Source: Rubripirellula sp. (lineage in GTDB: Bacteria; Planctomycetota; Planctomycetia; Pirellulales; Pirellulaceae). From it: a stretch of 64,000 bases of DNA. Positions within the stretch are counted from its first letter, which is position 1. Every line of letters starts with the position of its first letter. Of the stretch, positions 1-7,922 are shown one piece after another. The stretch covers positions 2,592,001 to 2,656,000 of the forward strand of contig OZ244207.1 in assembly GCA_965216875.1 (NCBI GenBank). The letters run 5' to 3'. The position numbers and the translations under genes are program-made. The notes under the pieces were generated by a model. That model ran no database searches and was not told the DNA's origin. It was given only the letters and a program-made list of their open reading frames with translations.

Positions 1-37
1 CGTTCTTCACTCGACCCAATGCGGCGACGGACCATCG

Positions 38-622
38 ATGGCCCTTTCGATCATTCATTACCCCCATCCCACCCTTCGATACAAAAGCAAGCCAATTCGG
101 CGCGTTGATGCGGAATTGCGTGAAATCGCTGCCGAGATGCTCGAACTGATGTACGAAGCCGATGGCGTGGGACTTGCCGCGAACCAGGTCGACCTTCCAC
201 TGCGTCTCTTTGTAGCCAACCCCTCTGGCACTCGCGGTGAGGGCGAGGAGTTGGTGCTGCTGAACCCCGAATTGCAACGCCCGCGGGGCAGTGACGTGGC
301 ACAGGAAGGTTGTTTGAGCTTGCCCGAGCTTTATGGCATGGTCAAACGGCCCAAAGTCGTCCGGCTCAGCGCCTATGACTTGCAGGGCAATCCGATCGAA
401 TGCGATGTTGACGGATTCCTCGCACGTGTACTGCAACACGAGAACGACCACTTGGACGGCGTCCTGTTTTTCGATCGACTCGGCGAGGACGACAGGGATG
501 AATTGGACGACAAACTCAACGAACTGGAAGTCGATTTTCGTGCCAAGCAGGAATCGGGCACCCTTCCAAGCAACGACGAACTCTTGGCCCGCTTGGAAAA
601 GTGGACCAGCAAGTATGCGTAG
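38..622 (+). CDS. def: peptide deformylase
   Basis: GVGLAANQ, EGCLS and QHENDHLDG (HExxH) motifs; followed by fmt. Confidence 0.97.
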   Translation: MALSIIHYPHPTLRYKSKPIRRVDAELREIAAEMLELMYEADGVGLAANQVDLPLRLFVANPSGTRGEGEELVLLNPELQRPRGSDVAQEGCLSLPELYGMVKRPKVVRLSAYDLQGNPIECDVDGFLARVLQHENDHLDGVLFFDRLGEDDRDELDDKLNELEVDFRAKQESGTLPSNDELLARLEKWTSKYA

Positions 623-637
623 CTGGAGTCCTCGAAG

Positions 638-1681
638 ATGTCGCCGTCTTCCGACTCGAATTCTCCGTCGACACCCTCAAGGCCGATAGACCGCACCGCC
701 ATGGGAGACGAAACCACCAACGCTCTAAGAATCATCTTGATGGGAACAGGTCCCTTTGCCGTTCCCTCCTTCGAAGCCATCCGCGAAGCTGGCCACGACA
801 TCTTGCTCGTCGTCACTCGCCCAATCCCGCCCACGAAAAGCCGCAAAGGGGCGCCGCCGGCGCCCGTGCGTGATTGGGCAACCGAACACGGATTACCCCT
901 GATTGATCCGCCAAGCATCAATGAAGGCGAGGTCATCCAACAGTTGTTCTCGCAGAATGCCGACTTGATGGTTGTTTGCGACTACGGCCAAATCCTCAAA
1001 CCGGATGCGCTCTCGGCGTCACGACTGGGCGGCATCAATCTGCACGGGTCTTTGCTGCCAGCCTACCGAGGCGCGGCACCTGTCCAACGGTCGCTCCTAA
1101 GTGGTGATGCAGTCACCGGCGTTTCGGTCATTCATATGACGCCTCGACTCGACGGCGGCCCCGTGTTGACGACGCGCGAAACGGATATCCAAGCGGACGA
1201 AACCGCAGGCGAACTTGAAGAGCGTCTTTCGGCCATCGGAGTCGGCGCAACGATGGAAGCGGTCGCAATACTCGACGAGTGGGATGGTGATGATGACCTT
1301 ATCGGGCAACCGCAGGATGCGTCCAAGGTCAGCAAAGCGCCGCGATTGAGTAAGGCGGAAGCCGAAATCGACTGGTCACGTTCGGCCAAGGAAATCGATT
1401 GCCACGTTCGCGGCATGCAACCATGGCCGATCGCGTTTACTCACGTTCAGATCAATGAAAAGAAACCGCCAGTTCGTTTGGCTGTCAAGAAAGTTCGCGT
1501 GACCACCGGCGCCGTCGGTGGAGCTCAACCGGGCGAACTCGTCGAAGGCGAAGGGCTGCTGATCGCCTCGGGAGACATGGTCATCGAAATCGAACGTCTT
1601 CAGCCGGCAGGCAAACGTGAAATGTCTGGCGAAGAATTCCTGCGCGGACATCAGCTCACACCTGGCTTGGTTTTGAAATAG
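638..1681 (+). CDS. fmt: methionyl-tRNA formyltransferase (start may be ATG 700)
   Basis: MGTGPFA, INLHGSLLPAYRGAAP, LDGG and QPAGKREM motifs; def-fmt synteny. Confidence 0.96.
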   Translation: MSPSSDSNSPSTPSRPIDRTAMGDETTNALRIILMGTGPFAVPSFEAIREAGHDILLVVTRPIPPTKSRKGAPPAPVRDWATEHGLPLIDPPSINEGEVIQQLFSQNADLMVVCDYGQILKPDALSASRLGGINLHGSLLPAYRGAAPVQRSLLSGDAVTGVSVIHMTPRLDGGPVLTTRETDIQADETAGELEERLSAIGVGATMEAVAILDEWDGDDDLIGQPQDASKVSKAPRLSKAEAEIDWSRSAKEIDCHVRGMQPWPIAFTHVQINEKKPPVRLAVKKVRVTTGAVGGAQPGELVEGEGLLIASGDMVIEIERLQPAGKREMSGEEFLRGHQLTPGLVLK

Positions 1682-1694
1682 CAAAACGCGATCG

Positions 1695-2180
1695 ATGAGC
1701 GACGAGTCCACCAACGACGCAGCGACCCTTCGCGAGTTGCTCTTGCAACAGAAACGAAAGATCGCAATCGCCGAAAGCCTGACCGGCGGCAATCTGCAGG
1801 CGTTGCTGACGAGCGTCAGTGGCGCGTCGGACGTTTTCGAAGGCGGGACCACGGCCTACAACCTGACTCAAAAGACGGCGATACTCGGCGTCGATCGTGA
1901 CCACGCAGCAAGCGTCAATTGCGTTTCCGAGCAGGTTGCCAAGGAAATGGCCCTTGGGGTGGCCGAACAATTTCAAGTCGACACGTCGGCTGCGACCACG
2001 GGTTATGCCGAACCGTGGCCTGACGCGCACATTGACACTCCTTTTGCATTCTTCGCCATCAGCATCGATCGCGAAATCTCAACCGGGCGAATCGAGTGCC
2101 CCGGCCTCAACCGGCAACAAGTCCAACATGCCGTCGCACACGCCGTCGTGAAAAAGTTGATCGAACGGCTCTCGGCCTGA
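1695..2180 (+). CDS. pncC: CinA C-terminal family NMN amidohydrolase (PncC-like)
   Basis: AIAESLTGG, SGASDVFEGG..Y...K, VSEQVAKEMA and TTGYA motifs. Confidence 0.88.
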   Translation: MSDESTNDAATLRELLLQQKRKIAIAESLTGGNLQALLTSVSGASDVFEGGTTAYNLTQKTAILGVDRDHAASVNCVSEQVAKEMALGVAEQFQVDTSAATTGYAEPWPDAHIDTPFAFFAISIDREISTGRIECPGLNRQQVQHAVAHAVVKKLIERLSA

Positions 2181-2188
2181 TACGCATT

Positions 2189-2215
2189 CGTGCACGTGCT
2201 CGTGCTCGTGCTCGA
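2189..2215. repeat. (GTGCTC)n hexamer repeat between convergent genes
   Basis: cgtgcacgtgctcgtgctcgtgctcga; reverse complement of the element at 12720-12775. Confidence 0.6.
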
Positions 2216-2310
2216 CTGCTTCACTCGATCTGCAACCAACGACTTGGACCGCCGACCAATTCCAGAAGTTTGGTGCGTGCAAGCACACACCCTACTGTTC
2301 ATCCGGAGGC

Positions 2311-3453
2311 TCACTCGTGCTCAAACAGAACACAAATGGCGGATGGTGCGTGGACAACACTTCGGTTGTACGTCAACTCACCGGTCTGCTGATCAACGGC
2401 AAACGAGGCGAGGGTGTGCGAGTTCTGGCCACCGGCGAGCAACCACTTGCCAGACGGGTCGAGGTTGAAATTCCGCGGGGTCGCCCCTCTCACATGCTCA
2501 ACCTCAATCACCGACAATTCGCCAGTTTGCTGATCGACCTTGAACGCCGTGATCGTATCGTGACCTCGGTTGGCCGAATAAACGAACTTGCCGCTTGGAT
2601 GAACGCGAATCTCCGAGGCACTCTTGAATTGTTCTTTGGCCAGTTCTGATTTCGGCACGGTGTCAATCGTTTGCTTCGCGGTCATCTCGCCCGTCTTCGC
2701 GTTGTAGTCAAACACGGTCACACTCAGTGACAGCTCGTTCAAGACATAAACCCAGCGGCCGCTGGTGTGAAACTTCATATGTCGCGGGCCGCCACCCGGT
2801 GGGACCGATGCGAACCCATGAGGCTTGATTTCTGCGGTGTCGGTATCGACTTTGTAGATCACGACCTTGTCCATTCCAAGATCGGGCACAAATGCAAAAC
2901 GCCGGTCAGGCGAGAAGCCGGCCCAGTGCGCGTGTGGTTTGTCTTGTCGACCAGGGACAACCGACGAACCACCTTCGTGTTTGATCAATCCCGTTTGCTT
3001 GTCGAGCGATCCATCGGCATTGAGAGAGAATGCGGCCGTCGATCCACCTCCGTATTGAGCCGTCAACAAAGTCTTTCCGGAAGCGTCAACGGCAACGTGC
3101 GCTGCACCGCCATCGCCGATCGGAAGCGAATTGACGTAGCGGAGCGTTGCGTCTTTCCCCTTACCTTCGATCGAATAACAGACAACCGAAGGAACGCCTT
3201 CGTAGGATGCAACGGCGTAAAGGTGCCCGCCCTTGGGATGCATTGCCAAGAACCCCGGTCCGCCGACTTCGGCTGCGAGCGTGGGCGTCGAGAGCTTGCC
3301 CGTCTTTGTGTCGAGCGTGCAATGATAAATCCCCTTGCTCGGCTTGGACCGGCTGGTACCAATCCAAACGTCAAGCGACTCCGCGACAGCAACGTGTGGC
3401 ACAGTCATCGACGCAACGACAGCAAGACAAAGTAAACCGGTACAACGCAACAC
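2311..3453 (-). CDS. secreted lactonase family beta-propeller (6-phosphogluconolactonase-like)
   Basis: RQDKPHAH, VPDLGMD, GPRH, ANRGHD and TPRNF motifs; GTG 3453 has a GGAG RBS and opens a signal peptide. Confidence 0.9.
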   Translation of the reverse strand: MLRCTGLLCLAVVASMTVPHVAVAESLDVWIGTSRSKPSKGIYHCTLDTKTGKLSTPTLAAEVGGPGFLAMHPKGGHLYAVASYEGVPSVVCYSIEGKGKDATLRYVNSLPIGDGGAAHVAVDASGKTLLTAQYGGGSTAAFSLNADGSLDKQTGLIKHEGGSSVVPGRQDKPHAHWAGFSPDRRFAFVPDLGMDKVVIYKVDTDTAEIKPHGFASVPPGGGPRHMKFHTSGRWVYVLNELSLSVTVFDYNAKTGEMTAKQTIDTVPKSELAKEQFKSASEIRVHPSGKFVYSANRGHDTITAFKVDQQTGELSVIEVEHVRGATPRNFNLDPSGKWLLAGGQNSHTLASFAVDQQTGELTYNRSVVHAPSAICVLFEHE

Positions 3454-3625
3454 GTCTCTTCTCCGCTCGAGTAGCTCATGGTGGGAAATGGCCCCATGGC
3501 GGGAAATGATCTGGGCCAAAGCGTTGCCGTTTCGCAATTGGCTAAATGCGATGACACCGCGAGTTGTTTGGGACCGGCACAATCATGGTCAATCGGCCGG
3601 TCCCATTGCAACCATTCACAACGGA

Positions 3626-3871
3626 TCAAACGTCTAAATTTGCCGGCTCACCAGCGTCCCGTTGGGCTCCGAGGTAGATCCCGAGCCCGAGCACACTGAC
3701 CAAGACAGCAAACAGAACCAATGTCGAAAGCAGATCGGACGGCGTAAGAACGATTGCAAAGAGACTGCAAGTCATCAGTGCAACCGTCACCAGACGCAGC
3801 CGAAAGGCGATTGCAACAGAAAGCGAAATGACGCCGAGAAACAAGAGTTCAAGCGGACTGATACCAAACAT
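3626..3871 (-). CDS. small membrane protein (81 aa, about 3 TM helices)
   Basis: GGAG RBS before ATG; strongly hydrophobic; TatA-like N-terminus and a TatC-like LTPxD motif. Confidence 0.7.
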   Translation of the reverse strand: MFGISPLELLFLGVISLSVAIAFRLRLVTVALMTCSLFAIVLTPSDLLSTLVLFAVLVSVLGLGIYLGAQRDAGEPANLDV

Positions 3872-4038
3872 GGCAAAGGTCTCCCAAAGAGTGGGGGTAG
3901 GAACGTGTCACCTTCGCCGAAAGCACTCCGTCAAACTAAAGGCGTCACGGAAGTGAAGCGATTTTCGATTGCTTCGAGTGTCGCAGGCCTCGAGGTCCAA
4001 GTCAAGATTTCGCCGACAAACGCCGCTAGTTCATTCTG

Positions 4039-5202
4039 CTACTTCACAGCCAGCATCCGCTCGAGCGCGATCAGACTCCATTCTGCTGTCTCATCATCAA
4101 CCGAAATCTCATTGACGACTTGTCCATCGCGCAAGTTCTCGAGCACCCAGCAGAGATGTGCCAAGTCGATCCGGTACATCGTTGCGCACATGCATACAAC
4201 CGGACTGAGGAAGTGGATTTCTTGTTCCGGATGCTCGGCTTTGAGCCGATTGACCAAATGCAACTCGGTACCGATTGCCCACTTGGTGCCCGCCGGACTC
4301 TTCTCGACCGTGTCGATGATCTTGCCCGTGCTTCCAGACACATCGGCGATGTCATTGACTTCGCGAGGACATTCGGGATGCACCAGAATCTTGATGCCCG
4401 GATGTTGGCTGCGAAACTGCTCGACATGTTCGGGCCGGAACATCTGATGAACGCTGCAGTGCCCCTTCCAAAGGATGACCTTGCTCTTTTCGAGCGCCGC
4501 TTCGGTGTTCCCACCAAGCTCGAGTGCGTAGGGATCCCACACAGGCATTTCGTCTTCTTCAATTCCCATCGTGAGCGCCGTGTTGCGTCCAAGATGTTGG
4601 TCGGGAAAGAAGAACACGCGCTGGCCTCGCTCGAAGGCCCACTCAAGCACAGCACCCGCGTTGCTGCTGGTGCAAACGATGCCGCCATGCTTACCGCAAA
4701 AGGCTTTCAAACTGGCTGCGCTATTGATGTACGTGACCGGTATGACCTGTTCGGTATCGATCACTTCGGACATATCTTCCCAAGCCGCTTCGACCTGTGC
4801 GATCGCAGCCATGTCGGCCATCGAACAACCAGCGGCCATGTCGGGCAAGATCACCGTCACTTCGCGACCATCGCGTGCTTCGAGCTTCTCCGGACGGTTG
4901 GCCAGAATGTCGGCAGTTTCGGCCATGAAATGGACGCCGCAAAAAACGATCGTCTCACACTCTTGGCTGGCGGCTGCCATCTCACTGAGCTTGTAGCTGT
5001 CGCCCCGTAGGTCCGAGTGGGCGATCACCTCATCCTGCTGGTAGTGGTGCCCGAGAATGAGCAACTTGTCGCCGAAGTGTTCTTTGACGGCTTCGATCCG
5101 AGATTGCAATTCGGCAGCTTCAAGCGATTTGTAGGGCGCCAGTGGGTGCAGCGCATCCGCTTCACCCTCGAATGTTGCGTTTTGAGTAGCCAACCGAGCC
5201 AT
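4039..5202 (-). CDS. nadA: quinolinate synthase
   Basis: LGHHYQ, GDSY, FCGVHFMAET, AGCSMAD, YINS, CTSSNA, HPEC, GST and GTE motifs with Fe-S cysteines. Confidence 0.97.
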   Translation of the reverse strand: MARLATQNATFEGEADALHPLAPYKSLEAAELQSRIEAVKEHFGDKLLILGHHYQQDEVIAHSDLRGDSYKLSEMAAASQECETIVFCGVHFMAETADILANRPEKLEARDGREVTVILPDMAAGCSMADMAAIAQVEAAWEDMSEVIDTEQVIPVTYINSAASLKAFCGKHGGIVCTSSNAGAVLEWAFERGQRVFFFPDQHLGRNTALTMGIEEDEMPVWDPYALELGGNTEAALEKSKVILWKGHCSVHQMFRPEHVEQFRSQHPGIKILVHPECPREVNDIADVSGSTGKIIDTVEKSPAGTKWAIGTELHLVNRLKAEHPEQEIHFLSPVVCMCATMYRIDLAHLCWVLENLRDGQVVNEISVDDETAEWSLIALERMLAVK

Positions 5203-5227
5203 CCTCAACCAAGTTCAAAATCGAGCC

Positions 5228-5270
5228 AAAAACCGGCCGCACGAGGCCGTCTTTCTCAACCCGCATTATA
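5228..5270 (-). promoter_or_regulatory. TATAAT box overlapping the upstream stop codon, followed by a hairpin/U-tract in the nadA leader
   Basis: minus strand: TATAAT at 5270-5265, then CGGCC-TCGTGC-GGCCG-GTTTTT at 5249-5228; -35 box is poor. Confidence 0.4.
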
Positions 5271-6519
5271 GGCATTTGCCCGAATTGTTCGAGAGGCTCT
5301 TAGCCGATGCCAGATTCCCCACAACCGCGACAGGCCATGGAAGATTCCCCGGAAGTGTTTGCAGATCACTGGCGGCGCTCACAAAAACGCGCACGTCGTC
5401 CGCCGCCAAGGAGGTCAGGTCAACGTCGCCATCGGCGCGCCACTCTCGCTCTTGTTCCCACTTGCCATCGCGCCCGCGGGGATGGAAACGAAACTGATCT
5501 TCAACGGGAATCGCTTCAAGCTCGGAAGGCTCACCATAAATCACTGGCCGGATTCCTAGCCGCGCTGCCGCCTCCCTGCGAATCGCGATCCCGTAGGGTT
5601 CGTAATCCCAACGACGAAGGTGACTTCGATAGCACCGTCGCTCCAACAAACCACGTAGTGGCATCTCAGAAAAGCAGACCACTCGATGCGTCCTTCGTGT
5701 CGTTGCGTTGCCAGCCCTCAAGCACTTTTGACTGAGAATCCGCGCCAAGGTGTCAACCGCGTTTCGATTCACGACCGATCCGTCTCCGAAGAGCAAATGA
5801 TCCATAAAGGACTCCATCGATTGGTCGACCCAATGCCCAGGGTTTGCGCGTGTGCAGTGCACGAGCCAACCTGATTGCGCCATCCAGCTATCGCCACAGC
5901 ATCTTGGCAACGCGGACGAGCGTGACGCAGAGTTGGGGGCAACCTCGGGCCGCGCCCAGCGTCCAATCGCTCCATGTTCGATCAGTCGCTTTGCTGCACA
6001 ACCTGCTTGCGAAGTAACGGCGACCTGAACGCTGCCAGCCAACTGAAACTCAAGCCGCTTCAACAAAACCTCTTCGATCTTGCCACCCGTCCGGGCGTAG
6101 ATCGCTTCGACTTGATCAGAAACGAAAGCAATCACCGCATCGCGACTAAGCGTCTCCGACTTCGACGGGGACGACCGAGCCGAGGTTAAAGAGAGATTGA
6201 TCCGATCAACGTCCAGCAAAAGATAGTTCGTCTTGAGTTTTTCGCAGCCGTGAACGGCGAGTGTTTCAATGGCCGATCCGACGGCAATCAACGCCGTTGC
6301 CTGCTGTTGGCGACAGCGTTGAATCGCGGAAACGAGAAAACGTGCCACAGCGCGTTTTCGAATCACATCGCTTCCGAGCCGGCTGGAAGTGATCCCAACC
6401 AATCGGGACGTGTGCTCGACGCAACTCGAAAGCACGTTGGGATCAAGGTCGGGAAAGAACCGCCCGATTCTTTCAGCCCGCAATTGGGCGCCTGACGGTG
6501 CGCGCGGATTGGCTGTCAT
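5266..6519 (-). CDS. hypothetical two-domain protein: DprA/SLOG-like N-terminus plus AbiGi-like ADP-ribosyltransferase-fold C-terminus
   Basis: ATG 6519 with GGGGG RBS; N-half LVGITSSR...RDAVIAFVSD...GCAAKRLIEHGA; C-half LVHCTR...LARIL...VCFSEMPL...PYGIAI...RPVIY...EREWR. Confidence 0.7.
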   Translation of the reverse strand: MTANPRAPSGAQLRAERIGRFFPDLDPNVLSSCVEHTSRLVGITSSRLGSDVIRKRAVARFLVSAIQRCRQQQATALIAVGSAIETLAVHGCEKLKTNYLLLDVDRINLSLTSARSSPSKSETLSRDAVIAFVSDQVEAIYARTGGKIEEVLLKRLEFQLAGSVQVAVTSQAGCAAKRLIEHGAIGRWARPEVAPNSASRSSALPRCCGDSWMAQSGWLVHCTRANPGHWVDQSMESFMDHLLFGDGSVVNRNAVDTLARILSQKCLRAGNATTRRTHRVVCFSEMPLRGLLERRCYRSHLRRWDYEPYGIAIRREAAARLGIRPVIYGEPSELEAIPVEDQFRFHPRGRDGKWEQEREWRADGDVDLTSLAADDVRVFVSAASDLQTLPGNLPWPVAVVGNLASAKSLSNNSGKCL

Positions 6520-6827
6520 TTGTTGCCCCCACCAAATCGCCGTTTCCCCATTCAAGCAGGTCAAACGGCTGCCCCTCAGCCATTTCGCCATCCAGCGGGA
6601 ATCGCCTACCGAAAGCCATTTTAGGGGCAGCAGACGACTCCGAACATGCGGAAAAACCGGCATGACGCCTGAGATTATCCCCGGGCATCCCGGTTCCTGG
6701 GGGTTTTCTGCCCGATATCGCGTCGTGGGTGGCGTCACCGCAACCCACACTTGCCCGTGGGATGACAACGGGCCCCGAATCGCTAGATTGAAGGCTCACA
6801 ATCATCACCACCTGAACAAAGGGAACC

Positions 6828-7562
6828 ATGCCGACCCACCAAGCCGCAACCTGGGCCAACGTCACGGCAGAACAAATAGGTAATGAAGCCGTGAACCAAG
6901 CGGACTCGCATCTGATGGCGGTTGAACTTCACGACGCGCCGATCCAACCCGACCAGGAATGGGCAAACGCCTTGACCCATGGCGTGGCGGCGATCGGTTC
7001 GCTGGTGATCGGCGCTTACATGGTTTTGGTTGCAGCTGCCTATGGTGACGGAATGGCGATCGCCTGCGCCGTCTATATGGCTTCAGTCTTCGGCACGTTT
7101 TTCTGCTCGACCCTTTCGCACGTCTTTACCGAGCAACCAACGCTCAACACGATGCGCGCTTGGGACCAGGCGATGATCTACTCGATGATCTCGGGAACCT
7201 ACACCCCGATCATCTACGTGTACGGTCCGCCAGAGATCAAGTTTCCTTTGTTGGCAATCATTTGGATCGCCGCTGCAGCCGGCTTCATTCACAAAGTTGC
7301 GCTGCGACACCGTATCAACTCGATTGGCACCGTATCCTATCTTCTTCTCGGCTGGCTCCCAGCGATGCCCTTGATCGGTCGCGTCCCTAGCGAAGTCACG
7401 ATGACCATGCTTGCTGGCGGAGTGGTATACACGCTCGGCGTGATCGCACTTATCAATGACCGCAAGATGAAATACATGCACGCGGTCTGGCACCTGTCGG
7501 TGATGCTTGCGGCGTTGCTGCACTTTCTTGGCATCCTTCGTTACGTCGTCCAAGCAAGCTAG
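6828..7562 (+). CDS. hemolysin III / PAQR family membrane protein
   Basis: EWANALTHG, STLSH, DQAMIY..ISGTYTP and HAVWH motifs; about 7 TM helices. Confidence 0.92.
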   Translation: MPTHQAATWANVTAEQIGNEAVNQADSHLMAVELHDAPIQPDQEWANALTHGVAAIGSLVIGAYMVLVAAAYGDGMAIACAVYMASVFGTFFCSTLSHVFTEQPTLNTMRAWDQAMIYSMISGTYTPIIYVYGPPEIKFPLLAIIWIAAAAGFIHKVALRHRINSIGTVSYLLLGWLPAMPLIGRVPSEVTMTMLAGGVVYTLGVIALINDRKMKYMHAVWHLSVMLAALLHFLGILRYVVQAS

Positions 7563-7620
7563 TGCTGCGGATTACAATCATGGTGTCACCAGAGCAACTT
7601 CTTGCGCAGTTTGGGCAGTA

Positions 7621-7715
7621 CCCGTGAGCCGCTGGCCGTCAGGCCTCGGGCCCTTGCCGACGCGCAGCGAGTGTGAAGGCGAGTAAGGTCCGGCCGCTTA
7701 CGCGATCGCGGCTCA
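7621..7715. repeat. degenerate inverted REP-like pair (TGAGCCGC ... GCGGCTCA)
   Basis: TGAGCCGC at 7625-7632 and its reverse complement at 7708-7715 bracket GC-rich palindromic segments. Confidence 0.45.
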
Positions 7716-7922
7716 AATGCAGTCCCATCCTCGCCGTCGGACGCCAGCGGCCAGTCGTCTTTTTTTCAGTGCGTTCGGACTGCGTGTGCTATGGTGTGAC
7801 CTTCGCCAAGTCACCAAGCAGGAAGGTTTGATCGAACCCGACGCTTCTGCCCCGCACATCTTGGCTTCCCCCAGACGGGCCTCGGCAACCGGCCCTTTCC
7901 ACAGCCACCACGCCAACAGAAC

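Noticed and set aside
3662..5010. long plus-strand ORFs of 261 and 296 aa
   Set aside because: They are antisense shadows of nadA and the small membrane gene, with no motifs. The same applies to other shadows such as 8559-9524, 18508-19389 and 45299-46183.
6520..6768. N-terminal extension of the 500-aa ORF
   Set aside because: ATG 6519 has an RBS and sits just ahead of the recognisable domain; the upstream stretch is more likely the divergent promoter region.
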